Positions 1-12,959 of a DNA stretch of 64,000 nucleotides are shown here, one piece after another (the first letter of the stretch is position 1; the number at the start of each line of letters is the position of its first letter). The stretch is from NCBI GenBank assembly GCA_951406725.2, contig OX597820.1, forward strand, positions 40,300,001-40,364,000. Direction: 5' to 3'. Position numbers and translations under genes: made by a program. This DNA is from Octopus vulgaris (Eukaryota). A model generated the notes under the pieces. It ran no database searches. It had not been told where the DNA came from and worked only from the letters and a program-made list of their open reading frames with translations.

Positions 1-350
1 GGTTCCGGGTTCAGTCCCATTTCGTGGCACCTTGGGCAAGTCTCTTCTACTATAGCCTCGGGCCGACCAAAGCCTTGTGAGTGGATTTGGTAGACGGAAA
101 CTGAAAGAAGCCCGTGGTATATATGTATATATATGTATGTGTATATGTTTGTGTGTCTGTGTTTGTCCCCCCAACATCGCTTGCCAACCGACACTGGTGT
201 GTTTACGTCCCCATAACTTAGCGGTTCGGCAAAAGAGACTGATAGAATAAGTACTAGGCTTACAAAGATTTGCTCGACTAAAAGGTGGTGCTCCAGCATG
301 GCTACAGTCAAATGACTGAAACAAGTAAAAGTGTAAAAGCGTAAAAAGAG
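1..350 (+). mobile_element. tRNA-derived SINE, family A (5' end cut by window edge), with CR1-like 3' tail
   Basis: B-box-like GGTTCAGTCCC near the start; the body recurs at 14843-15252, 39895-40250 and 52680-53000; ends GGTGGTGCTCCAGCATGGCTACAGTCAAATGACTGAAAC plus (GTAAAA)n-like tail. Confidence 0.85.
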
Positions 351-371
351 ATTTAAGTGTTTCATTGTGTG

Positions 372-436
<65 letters not shown>

Positions 437-1039
437 CGGGTGTATTGCTGTATGTAAGGTAACATCTTATTCAGCATTTAGTCTTGTATCAATCAGAACA
501 CCCGTCGACGTATTTTACTTAACAAGTAAGGGAATCCAAGCACATTAATTGTCAGCCTCAGGGCGGATCTACAACTGCTGACAACTCTTATTTCAGCGGC
601 TCAGGTACCTTTGGCTTTTTATATGTAACAGGTGTTATAGTAGTGTATGTATTCAACAATTCAGTCAGTCGTGCTATGCGTTACGGTCCGTTGCTATTAT
701 AGACAGCAGCATAGTTCCACAAAAAATTCGACATAATACAATTAAGAAAATACAACGCTGTAATCAATCTCAGTAATCACTACGAGTTTGATAACATAAC
801 TTTGTTATTATCGAAACAGTTTTCATTAAAAGCATCTGTTAACCGGAATGAAACGTCAAATGACCATGAACAAGATATAGATAAGTGTCTAAAGCAGAGT
901 CATTTGCATGTCATCACGTTTATTGGGTAACATATGCAATTATACACTTTCGCTTCCATAAACGGATTGACTGAATTTATAAATGAGAAATACATAAGAA
1001 TAAGCGCGCTTAAGAGGATTGCTAGAGAGACATACTGAC

Positions 1040-1470
<431 letters not shown>

Positions 1471-2008
1471 GAATTACACAAAAATGTCCGTTTCATCAAC
1501 ATAAGTTCTTGAACGCAGGATTCACTTCTTACGTATTAACAACAAATTGATCCTGCAATAATTTGATATCACGTTCAGACTAAGCCATTATTGGCTGAAC
1601 ATCTATTCAGTTTGTACTAGGAGATAAAGCAATCTTATTTATTTATGCTACATTTTACCCTTATTTGGATAATAGCGTTTATGTAAGGGTTAAATGCTAG
1701 ATGATATAAATAAGGATTAAACGATACTTTCTTTCATATCAAACTGTTTACCTAAAGCATAATATGATATATCGGACTCTAAACATTTCTGAATCATATA
1801 TGTATTTTGCACTTTTATGCTTTTCTTGTAAGAAATAAATAAAGAACTATATATTTATATATTTGAGCGTACGAATGTGTAAATATACACATTATGTGAT
1901 AATATATATATTGTTAAGAGTAAAAGAGTAAAAGAGTAAGAGTGTTACAGTATATTATACACACACACATATTACATATTAATATATATATACATATATA
2001 TAAATATA

Positions 2009-2068
<60 letters not shown>

Positions 2069-2778
2069 GGAGATATTCTTGTTGCTTATTTTGATTATAT
2101 ATATATATACATAGAGAGAGAATCTGTGTGTGTGTGTACTAGATAGATACATATATATGCCTTTGACTGCATGATGTGTCTGTATATATGTATGTATGAG
2201 TGAATGCATTTGTGTGTGTGTGTATGAGAAGTATGTTACTGCGTATCTGGAGCTGTCGACAAAACTATAGATATACGTTTGTTTTTGTTGTCATCATGTC
2301 CAAATTGATTACTATTTGACATTAAAGTGACTTTTAGTTGGCAAGGGATTTAAATCAATTTGTAAACTAAAACACTTACGTGTGCGATGAGCTTTATTTT
2401 AAGTGGATTTTTTTGTGACATATATTTAGAATGAGTACCGATATACATACCTAATATAACTATCATTCTCGCTTATAATTATTATTATATATTCAAAATA
2501 CTATTACTGTCATTATTCTTATTGTTCTTGTCATTGTTGTCGTTGTTGTTATTATAGTTTAGTACGCAAATAATATATAACACATGTAAAAAACAAACAC
2601 ACATAATAAATTTGGAAAAAAAGAAATAAAAAATATATTTATATACTTCTTCTTACACTCTTACAAACACGCATATATGTATTTCTACCTAAGCAGTTAT
2701 TATCGATATGTGTATACATGTGTGTACGTTAGTGAGTATGTATGTAGTTAAGTCTCTCAATCTCTCTCTCTCTCTCAA

Positions 2779-2826
<48 letters not shown>

Positions 2827-2903
2827 CATGTATATATATGTATATTCATATACATATAATATACATATGTATATATATATCTAAATGTGTGTATGTTTAT
2901 ATA

Positions 2904-2962
<59 letters not shown>

Positions 2963-3470
2963 ACATATATATACATACATATATACAGACATACACATAC
3001 ATATATGTAAGTATATGCTATGTGTGTGATTACTAGCTTTGAGTGGGTCGGTGGATATTGGGCCACATGTACTATGAGTGGAAAATGTAGAGATTTGTAT
3101 TCGATTCCATCGGTGCAATTTGGATTGATTATATTCGTAGAAAAATGACATTTTCGAAATTTAAATAGCTAAATGTGTTTAATGACTTTGAAATAATTAA
3201 AATGTGAGGGCAAGCGTAGCTGTATCGTTAAGAAGTTCATCTTGCGACCACGTAGTAATCTGTGCGTTCTATCATGCGACATCATGGATAAATATCTTCC
3301 ACATGTGCACCACGTCATATATGTACATGGACGCCTACACGTAGGTGACTTCTGTATACTGATACTAGGCAGAGACCTGAAGCTCGCACGCACACAAACA
3401 CACAGAGACGCATACACATGCACACACATTTACACTTACGCTCAAGCATGTACTCACATATATACATATA

Positions 3471-3700
3471 GGCGGTGAGCTAGCAGAAACGTTAGCGCGC
3501 CGGGCGAAATGCGTAGCCGTATTTCATCTGTCGTTACGTTTCGAGTTCAAATTCCGCCGAGGTCGACTTTGCCTTTCATCCTTTCGGGGTCGATAAATTA
3601 AGTGCCAGTTACGCACTGGGGTCGATGTAATCGACTTAATCCGTTTGTCGGTCCTTGTTTGTCCCCTCTGTGTTTAGCTCCTTGTGGGTAGTAAAGAAAT
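3471..3700 (+). mobile_element. tRNA-derived SINE, family M (Meta-domain-like core)
   Basis: Head GGCGGTGAGCTAGCAGAAACGTTAGC, B-box GAGTTCAAATTC, core GAGGTCGACTTTGCCTTTCATCCTTTCGGGGTCGATAAA; many copies in the window. Confidence 0.85.
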
Positions 3701-4059
3701 ATATATACATACAAACTCCAAAACATGTATGTATACATACATATATAACTCAAAGAAATACCAACTTTGATTTTCACATTTTGTTTAAAATCTAGGAACA
3801 ATAAGGTTCTAGATAAATTCCACTGCGGTAAATTTCACCACGGAAAATTCCACCAGCTAAACTTAACCATAGGTAAATTCCAACGCCGATATATTCCACC
3901 ATGTAAATTCCACGCATGGACAGACTTCCAATACAAGCTGCTCCCGCTAACAATCACCGTGGTCAGTTTCTCTAGACCGTGGGTTAATACTTATGTTGTT
4001 TAACATGTCTGTCTCTCAAGCCTTAAGATAGGAGACAGAAAAAGAGAGAGTCTGAAGGT

Positions 4060-4630
4060 GAGATAGAAAATAATCATTTCGACTTCGATCAGTTTTTTTG
4101 TCGAAGCTATTCCAATTTCCACTATTATTGTTTCTTTCCTTTCGTGGTCAAATATTGTAACATCGGGTTAATTATTTTCTATATGGTTTGGTGTTATTAC
4201 CGGGCTATTTACTAAAATCTTAACATTTTCACTTGTTGTTACCTTTTCTATTCGCACGTTTCTGATTCGCAAAGATTATCTTGGTTATCTCATCGCGTCT
4301 CTCTTTATATTTCGTGTGTGCTATTTCCCCACATTGTATTGCCATATGTTCGATATTTTCTTTGCTTTTTTTTTACAATATCTGCATACCTTTTTTCTTC
4401 CATAGTAGTTGTTTCTCTCTTGTAAATACTGTATAATATTTTTATCTATCACTGGGTATTCGCTTTGTTTTATAAATTTCATTGAGTCTCTTTCTGATAC
4501 ATCTTCCTCGTTCGGGTGTTTAAAATATTCACCGAGTATTTCTTTGTGTGATTGACCCTTAATTATTTTTTTCTCCCTCGTATTTTTTGTATTCATTGAC
4601 ATCATTGATATTTTTTTATGCATTGTTTCT
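4060..4630 (-). pseudogene. Decayed C-terminus of an RLE-type non-LTR retrotransposon (CCHC knuckle + PD-(D/E)xK nuclease)
   Basis: Minus-strand fragments across frameshifts read CRYCKK...NIEHMA and PDVTIFDHEK...TIIVEIGIAS. Confidence 0.55.
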
Positions 4631-4652
4631 TATTTCCATAATATCGTAACCC

Positions 4653-4654
<2 letters not shown>

Positions 4655-4706
<52 letters not shown>

Positions 4707-4716
4707 TAATATTAAA

Positions 4717-4748
<32 letters not shown>

Positions 4749-4763
4749 TAATAATAATAATAA

Positions 4764-4828
<65 letters not shown>

Positions 4829-4878
4829 ACAACAACAACAACAACAACAACAACAATAATAATAATAATAATAATGAT
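4655..4878. repeat. Compound (ATA)n/(AGT)n/(ACA)n microsatellite
   Basis: Directly visible. Confidence 0.95.
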
Positions 4879-5659
4879 GTAACGTATGGTGAAATTTACT
4901 ATGGTGGAATATACCGTAGTGGAATTTACCTACGGTGAAATTTACCTGATGGAATTTTCCGTTGTGCCATTTATCGCGGTAGAATTTACTGGTCACTTAA
5001 TAAGATGAAATGTTAGAATATTAAATGTCCATTCTGATTGAACTAGTACTTTCATGCATTAACTATGCAATCTTCAGATTCATGTAATAGTGGTGACAGT
5101 TATGTTTTACAATTTACAACTGGGTCGAAACTGTGTGCCTTAAGTACATTTGTATAGGCTTCAGAATGTTAGTTTTTGCATCTGTATTCTGACCAATCAG
5201 AATGTGATTTTACTAAATTACTTAAATTGATTGGTGTTTGGTTTAGACGTCACGATTTGTTGAACATATCAAGAGACCTATATTTTGACCCTGGCCAAAG
5301 CAGCAATTGTTAGGCTATTTTTAGAAATGTAAACAACATTTCCAGGGAGTTTTACATTTCCATTATCATCATCATTATTATCATCTCCTTTATTATCCTT
5401 GTCATTTTTGTTGTTGTTGTTCGTGGTGGTGGTGGTGGTGATGGTGGTGGTGGTGGTGACGGTGTTGATAGTGGTGGTGGTCGTAAGGGTAGCTGTTTTA
5501 ATAGAACTTTAAACCTCCAAATAAGATAATCTTTACTGACTTTTCTTGTGACGTAGCTAGGATTTTCCTGCAATCATCATAATGAGCACCTTTAGTATTG
5601 TTGTTGCTGTTAGTAGTAGTGGTCGTAGCAGTAGAAATAGTGCCTCTAAGTATTGGTAT

Positions 5660-7270
5660 TATTGTTTATTTAGCTTGGGATGGAATTTATTAATAAAGTT
5701 CTTTTCTCTGATTTTTCTTTCAATTTTATTTGGACTGTATCATTTGTAGAATGGAAATATTATAAATATTTCCCCACTGCAAGCTGCTAGATCGTTACTC
5801 ACAGGTATTTGACGGATATCTGGGTTTATAATTTGCTGTCGGTGCGCACGTGAACATTCTGATTGTGCATTTCCAGTCTGAGCTGCATATAGTTCTTCAC
5901 AGTTTGGGCATTTGATGCAGTAAATTAAATTTCTGCTTTTGCAGTTCATATTTGCATTTGTGAATATCTTTCCGGTTTTCGTGTTCATATATTAGCCGGT
6001 GTGTATGAATTGGCATGTGCCACACGGCTATCATTGCATTTAGATACAGAGAATGATTGGTCTTTTCTGCTAAGGTCAACCTCTGTTAATAATTCTTTCG
6101 TGTTTTGGAGCTGTCTTTTACTATGAACCATAACTCGATCTGTGATTATATCTTTTAATTCGTTACTTTGAGCAATGATTGGTAGGTTTACTTTGGCAAT
6201 GTTGAAGATATTCTGGTGACATTGGTTGTGTGTCACTATAAATGGTATGACTTGTTCCTGTTTTCCTCTTGGGTTGTTCTGATTTGTTGTATGGGTATTT
6301 TTATAGCCTGCTGTTAGTCATTTTCCATAAGTAGAGACGGGTATTTTTGTTTGAGCAAACATTCTCTTAGTTCTGTTAGGCGTTTGTTCCTGATATTTTC
6401 CTCTTGTACAATGGTACAAGTTCTTCTGGCTAAGCGGGACAGGATGTTGCGTTTTGTATGTAGCGCATAGCAAGATTTAAAATTCAGGTATTGATGTGTG
6501 TTTGTAGTATATATCTGTGGTGATGGTGGTGTCCTTTTTAATTACCGTTATATCTAGGAATGGTAATTTGGAACTACTCATCTGCTTTGTAAATTGGAGA
6601 GATGGGTGTAGCTTGTTCAGGAGGATATTGATCTCTTCCAGAATAATTAAAGATTCTGTCCAGATTATGAAACAATCCTCAAGGTATCTCTTCCATGCCT
6701 TTTCATTATAATTTCTAAATCCGGTGCTATAATTTTCCTCTACTTCTTGGTAAAGTTGTTATTCTAGATATCCCATTACAGAGTTCACATAAACGAGAGC
6801 AAACCTCGTTCTTTCACCGTGCCTATAATTTTGATGTTATTCTTTCCATTGAAGTGTTGGTTTCCAGAATAAGTCTGAATGTGTCTAATATAAATGGTAC
6901 TGTGAATCTGATGGAAATCAGTTCTCTATGTTTTTTTTTACTCAGTACCTAATTGCCTTTATTCCTAGATCATGTGGAGTACTGGTATAGAGGCTTACCA
7001 CATCAAAACTAAGTACAAGTGAATTTGTTTCAGTTGTTTTGGAACGATGGGACAGGAAGTCGATAACATCCCGGATGAAACTGGGTGTGTAGGTACATAG
7101 TGGTTTTAAAACAATGTCAATAAAACTTCTTAGACGGTGGGTAAGGTATGTTGGACCAGCTATCATAAGTCTAAGTTTTAAGTCTTTTGGATGCAGGAAT
7201 TTTATGTACTTACTTTTTTGTTCTTTTACTGCATGCTGAATATCTTTTGATTTATGTATTTTTGGTATGC
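5660..7270 (-). mobile_element. Penelope-like retroelement, decayed RT + GIY-YIG endonuclease
   Basis: RT motifs IAGPTYLTHRL..SFIRDVIDFL..SFDVVSLYT (6942-7166) and RYLEDCFIIW; GIY-YIG segment CKSRNLIYCIKCPNCEELYAAQTG..RAHRQQI (5740-5988); multiple stops and frameshifts. Confidence 0.88.
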
Positions 7271-7499
7271 CGAAGTTCCTGGGTTTTGGCTCGATGTTGA
7301 TTGATGTACATCAGCATTTCAACTTCAAAGTGTATACTTTCCATGCAGAGGTTTCTGGCCCCACCTCTCCTAAAGTTGCTTCTGCTCGTTCTTTTTTACA
7401 GTCTGCTAGTCCTTTTTACTTTATTTATTATTATTGTTGTTGTTGCTACTGCTGCTGCTGTTGTTGTTGTTGTCGTCGTCGTCATCACCGCCGTTGCTG

Positions 7500-8000
7500 T
7501 TGTCCGTATTTAGGAAAAAGGACAGTTCGAATAAAGATAGCAAGAATTCCACCGGAGGTGTATTTTTAGTGGATTTTAACGTGTATCGCTTTAAAAGGGA
7601 AAAAGGCCTCCTGGAAGCAGACTCGTGGTGAAAATTGATCTTGAATCAAACACAATCCACAAGATCCCAGCTCCCATTTACCTACAAGGAGCGGAAGTGC
7701 TACATATTAGAGTAGCGGTAGGAAACTACGTTGCTACCTGTGTAGGAAGACAGCACACTTTCTACCCCCAACATAAGACCGGTAACTATAGACTGCCCTA
7801 TTGTCAACACCAAATCTTCAAAACGCTCAACAATCAATCAGCAACAAAGGAGGTACCAAACCAGACAACATTGGCATCAATGAAAACAGGAACAGCAAAA
7901 TTAGCAAAAGGTCCAACAACACCGACACCTGCAACACCAACCCCAACAACACCTTTAACAGTGGAAAGATTGATGATAAATATTAATATTATTAATAATG
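7500..8000 (+). pseudogene. Tx1/L1-like ORF1 remnant (zinc knuckle followed by Thr/Pro-rich linker)
   Basis: RTVRIKIARIPPEV and a CYLCRKTAH-like knuckle near 7732-7760; lies upstream of a same-strand APE fragment; similar organisation at 32130-32540. Confidence 0.45.
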
Positions 8001-8482
8001 ATAAATCACACAGCAACCTTGGGTTCTGTAAACGGCTGTCTCACACTATCTCCCTCTCACCGCCACATTGAAACTAATATTCATACATAGATCCCAGAAA
8101 GGTGGATGCATTTGCATCACATTGTGAGAGGGAACCCCCAAAACCAAACATAAAAAAAACAAAAACAAATAAAACGTTCTAAAACATCACACGACACACC
8201 AATACACCCACAGGCGGACGCACAGTGCTCGCACGCACACATACACACACACACAAACTAGAACAGCATGCAAAATATGCAGTCACCCGGACAGCATCAC
8301 CAACAGCACCACCAAACCCTCTTGCACCATAATCTTCAACTGTCTACTGTTGTCACAACCAACTCCATAATTACAACAACCCACGATAAGAAAACACTCC
8401 CAACAGGAAGAACAATCATAGAAACATAAAACTTTGTGCTAATGAGGAAGGCCAACAATGAACTGATTGCCCTTAGAAAGGA

Positions 8483-8530
<48 letters not shown>

Positions 8531-8789
8531 TTGAGTGAGTGAGATTGAGTGAGTGAGACAGAGAGAGAGAGTGAGAGAAAGAGAGAGAGAATGATCTTCG
8601 GCGTTAGCACGGTTTAAGAGCCAGAAATACTGATTATGAAGCAAATATCCTTGGAAACATAAAACCATTAGGGAGAGCTTTTCTCACGACGTGGGAACAC
8701 CAATGTAAAAAACACGAATAGGCATTTAAAGGGGCTCCCAATAGAACCCCATCAAATTAGAGAGGTCGAACCACCTAACCTCTATTGGC

Positions 8790-9225
8790 TCCTGGTGAGT
8801 AAGTTGACGCCCTTTATTTCTTCTCCCAATTTAGAAGATTTTGTCATCTACGCGTTTGTTAGTGTGCTTGAATTGGGGATCAAGTGGCAGAGCTGTCTAG
8901 TAACATCCTGGATCTCGAGGTTCGGACGACCTTCCTGGATCCTGAAGGTATATTTGGTACCTCTGGATGTGAGCAATACTGAAGGTGATGCATTTAGACT
9001 AGTCACTGTGTACGCTCCGACTTGTGTGGGGAAGTCAGTTTTCTGCAAATATTTCGAAGTTTTCCTTGGGAGGTCTCGCACTTTAGTTCGAGTGGGTGAT
9101 TGAAACATCATCTTGGAAGCACGCCAGGATAGGGTGAGGCTAGTCGACAGGAGAGAAGATGGAAAAGCCTCACAAAACTGTCCAGGCCCTTCCAATTGGC
9201 TGACAGGTAACGACTGGAGTTCCTA
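8790..9225 (+). pseudogene. APE endonuclease remnant of a Tx1/L1-like LINE
   Basis: FRLVTVYAPT...FLGRSRTLVRVGD*N matches the VYAP and GD(W/F)N motifs of APE domains. Confidence 0.65.
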
Positions 9226-9260
9226 AATGTTTGTTTTCGCCCCATGAGGCCAATATAGTG

Positions 9261-9337
<77 letters not shown>

Positions 9338-9410
9338 CATTGTTGTTGTTGTTGTTGTTGTTCTTGTTGTTGCTGTTTTTGTTGTTGTTGTTATTATTAT
9401 CATCATCATT

Positions 9411-10195
9411 TGGCCCCACAACATCCCAGCTATAATTTGGAAGGATGATAGATTTCAACCACTTTTGCTCAATCTTTGCAACCACACACTTTTCACTTTT
9501 GTAGCTCCAAAGATTTGGCACCAAACTCAAATCATCACAATAACACAAAAAGGCGATTTATCCCTCGTAACCAACTACAGGGGTATATCTCTAATGTCAA
9601 TTGCTGCAAAATTGTACAACAAACTGATTCTAGACCGTCTCGTCTTTTTTGTTGAACCTTTGCTCCGAAAGAACCAAAATGGATTCAGACACGGGCGCTC
9701 AACGCTGAGCCAAATACTATGCCTACGCAGACTTATTGAAGAATCAAAAGCATTTAATCGCGATCTTGCAATCGTGCTTCTAGACTTTTCTAAAGCGTTC
9801 GACTTTGTAGATAGGTACAAGATGTTTGAAACCCTTAAGCTCTATGGGATACCAGACAAAATCCTTTCTGCCATCAATGTCTTCTACACAGATACGTCTT
9901 CAACCATCTTAACCCCTGACGGAGAAACATCATCTTTCTCAATCAAAGCCGAAATACTGCAGGGGGACACACTCGCCCCATTTCTCTTCATCATTATTGT
10001 TGACTATGAGCTACGTATGTCAGTTGATACCATTTCTGGCAAGGGCTTTGAAATAAAACTTAGAAGTTCCAGACACCCAGCTGAATACTTGACATACAAT
10101 GACTTTGCTGACGACATCGCTCTTATCAGTGATTCCCGCTCCAATGCCCAGTCTCTTTTACAATCTCTCGAACAAGCCTCAAATTGTGTAGGTCT
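9411..10195 (+). mobile_element. RTE-clade LINE reverse transcriptase fragment
   Basis: KGDLSLVTNYRGISLMSIAAKLYNK, QNGFRHGRST, DFSKAFD, LQGDTLAPFLF, DFADDIAL in ORF 9231-10301; the ORF N-terminus is microsatellite and its C-terminus is a tandem repeat. Confidence 0.9.
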
Positions 10196-10196
10196 T

Positions 10197-10545
10197 GAAA
10201 TTGTTCGGAAACTTTCTGAGAAGTTCCGAGGATTTCATGGAAAGTTCCGGGGTTTCCTAACTTCCTGGAAAATTATTAAGAAACTTCATGGGAAGTTCTG
10301 AGGATTTCCTGGAAAGTTCCGGGGATTTCCCAACGCCCGGAAAATTGTTCGGAAGCTTCATGGGGGTTTCCGACGATTTCGTGGAAAGTTCCGGGTATTT
10401 CTCAACCTTCTGGAAAATTGTTCAGAAACTTCCTGGAAAGTTCCGAGTATTTCCCAACTTCCGGCAAATTTCCGAGGATATGTTACTTCCTGGAAAGTTC
10501 CGAGGATGGTACTTCGTGGAAAAATTCCGAGGACTTGCTGTAAAG
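10197..10545. repeat. Degenerate tandem array, ~70-bp period built from ~10-bp GGAAAGTTCC-type subunits
   Basis: GAAAATTGTTCGGAAACTT...GGAAAGTTCCGGGGATTTCC recurs near 10197, 10268, 10340 and 10412. Confidence 0.85.
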
Positions 10546-10559
10546 TTGCGAGGCAAGTG

Positions 10560-11168
10560 AAATCAAAATCAAAATTGCTGACGTGGCAGATGACAGTACC
10601 GCCTCATTGGCACTCATTTCCAATGGAACAGTAAAAGCATATCCGAACGTGGGGTGTAGCCGGACCGCCTATGGCTACCCCTCATTCATTGGACAATGAA
10701 TTTTGCTTGCAAAGATCTATTGAGGCAAGTGTAAACAAATCAAAATCGCTGATGTGGCCGATGACATTACTGCCTGATTGGCACTCATGCCAGTGGAACG
10801 TTAAAAGCACATCTGAGCGTGATCATTGTCAGATCCACGGGTTTGCTCCCATGCCAGTGACACGTGAAAAGTGCCATTCGAGCATGTTCATTGCCAGCAT
10901 CACTTTATTGGCACATGTTCTAGTGGCACGTAAAAACACCTTTTGAGCGGGGTCATTGCCAGAACCACCTGACTGACTCTCGTACCGTTGGCAGGTAAAA
11001 GCACCCACTACACTCTCAGAGTGGTTGGCTTTAGGAGGGGCATCCAGCTGTAGAAACTTTACCAGATCAGATTGCACCTGGTGCAGCCTCTGTTTCACCA
11101 GTCCTCAGCCAAACAGTCCAACCCATGCCAGCATGGAAAACAGACATAAAACGATGATGATGATGATG
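10560..11168 (+). mobile_element. SINE-like repeat, family C, ending in (GAT)n
   Basis: Internal GGCACGTAAAAAGCAC-like repeats; 3' region GTGGTTGGCTTTAGGAGGGGCATCCAGCTGTAGAAAC...CCAGCATGGAAAA(GAT)n; second copy at 12455-12650 on minus. Confidence 0.75.
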
Positions 11169-11217
<49 letters not shown>

Positions 11218-11221
<4 letters not shown>

Positions 11222-11280
11222 GGCGGTGCCCCAGCATGGCCACAGCTCATAGGCTGGAACTGGAATCAATCAATCAATCA
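11218..11280 (+). mobile_element. Extremely 5'-truncated CR1 3' end inside (TA)n
   Basis: AAATGGCGGTGCCCCAGCATGGCCACAGCTCATAGGCTGGAACTGG(AATC)n is near-identical to the reverse complement of 33981-34049. Confidence 0.85.
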
Positions 11281-11304
11281 TATATATACACATATATATA
11301 TACA

Positions 11305-11640
11305 CGATAGGCTTCTTTCCGTTTCTTATTCCTTTACTGTCCACAAGGGGTTACACTCAGAGAGGACAAAAAAGGACATACAAACGTATTAAGTCAACTA
11401 TATCGACCTCGGTGAAATTTGAACTCAGAATGTAGCGGCAGAAGAAATACTGCTAAGCATTTCGCCCGGCGTGCTAACGATTCTGCCAGCTCCCCTGCTT
11501 CTTTCAATTTCTATTTATCAAATCCTCCCACAAGGCTTTAGTCAGCCTGAGGCTATAGTAGAAAACACTTGCCCAACGTGTCATGCAGTGGGACTGTGGT
11601 TGGGAAGCAGGCTTACTACATAGCCACGTTTGTGCCTATT
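11305..11640 (-). mobile_element. Nested SINE fragments (family M inside family A)
   Basis: Family A body interrupted at ~11335-11495 by family M sequence (GAAATTTGAACTCAG...GCTAACGATTCTGCCAGCTC). Confidence 0.65.
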
Positions 11641-11699
11641 CTTACTGCCCAGCTGGTGTTAGAACACCTACAATGCTAGATGGTCTATATATATAACAG

Positions 11700-12030
11700 C
11701 CACGTATATTTTCATTACTGGTCACTTCAACTACCCTGAAATTGAATGGGAAACTTTTCGTTGGTAATAACACTTTGGACCTGCTCTTTACCACCACTCC
11801 TAGAACTGTTATCAGTGTTGTGACAAAGGAACCTCTAAGTGAATCCAATCATGCTATGATCATTGCCAATATGTCTCTTGTAGGCAGAAACAAGAAGCAC
11901 CACCACCTTCAAACCACTCGCTTTGACTGGAACTGTTACCGTAAGGAGTTACGACACCTAAACTGGTTTGAATTTTACAATCCAGGTGATATCAATACTG
12001 TTTTTCAAAATATCTTCAGTGCAATCAATT
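11700..12030 (+). pseudogene. CR1 APE-domain fragment, old copy of the 60960-63410 family
   Basis: GNNTLDLLFTTTPRTVISVVTKEPLSESNHAMIIAN aligns with GDNTLDLLFTTTPEAVINCTTEEPLGDSDHAMIIAN in ORF 60985-61584. Confidence 0.85.
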
Positions 12031-12454
12031 TCCTTCATCATTATATATGTGTGTGTGTGTTGACTTTCTGTGCAACATTTTACGCCTGTTAGTCAATGTA
12101 ATGTCACACACTCACTACTTCTGTTCCCACTCAATGGTACCCTACACAGTATTCAATATTTGGTGCAAGACTGTCTCTCTTTCCTATCTATTTCTCTGTC
12201 TTTCTCCTCCCCCCCTCTATCTACCTCTCTACCTATCTGCTGCTTTTCTCTCTTTACTACCTTCCATTTCTTCCTCTGTCCATCTCTGTCAACTACCTAC
12301 CGTCTATCTTTATTCTCTTATTTCTCCGCACTCTCTCTTTCTTCCTACTTGCTCTTCCCTAACCTTCTCTACTCTCTTTCTTCACTTTTTTGGTACCAAA
12401 AACAATCCAATATTTTATCGCTCATTGTTTTTCTACTTCACCAGGGCATAGGTG

Positions 12455-12650
12455 AGACATCATCGTTTAATGTCCATTTTCCATGCTGGAATAGGTTGAA
12501 CGGTTCGACTGGGGCCTGGGAAGCCAGGAGGCTGCACCAAGCTCCAGTCTGATTTGGCAGTGTTTCTACAGCTGGATGCCCTTCCTAACGCCAACCACTC
12601 TGAAAGTGTAGTGGGTGCTGTTTTTACGTGCCACTGACACAAGGGCCAAT
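12455..12650 (-). mobile_element. SINE-like family C, 3' part
   Basis: Reverse-complement match to 10990-11165. Confidence 0.75.
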
Positions 12651-12959
12651 TTCTTGCCTAGTACTCATTTCAGATTCCCAGTTTATCTTTTCACTTTTCA
12701 TTCTTTTCTTTCCTTCTAACTTCCTTCCCTCTACCCCATCTCTCTATCCTTCCCCTGAGCCTTCTCATTGTACCTTTGGAACACAAGCACAACTATTTTC
12801 TTCTTTTTTTTGGTAGTTTTTGTCATGTTGTGTCCCACAGTTTGAAATACTTGCAATTTGTATTTTTACTGCTTATTTTAGCTCTGCTTCATACATTTCC
12901 AAAATTAAACATTTTAATATGCAAAATATACATCACATTATTATATATACTATGCATTA

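Larger units (their letters stand above)
3805..4996. mobile_element. Non-autonomous DNA transposon, Kolobok-like, with ~110-bp TIRs built of ~15-bp subrepeats
   Basis: 3805-3915 (GGTAAATTCCACC-type repeats) aligns with the reverse complement of 4885-4996; flanks are ATAA (3801-3804) and TTAA (4997-5000). Confidence 0.7.

Noticed and set aside
9231-10301. 356-aa ORF as an intact membrane-anchored RT fusion
   Set aside because: The poly-I/V N-terminus is an (ATT)n/(GTT)n microsatellite and the C-terminus is a tandem repeat; the RT is truncated
10197-10545. Possible CRISPR-like repeat-spacer array
   Set aside because: Units are contiguous and degenerate with no unique spacers; eukaryotic context with no cas genes
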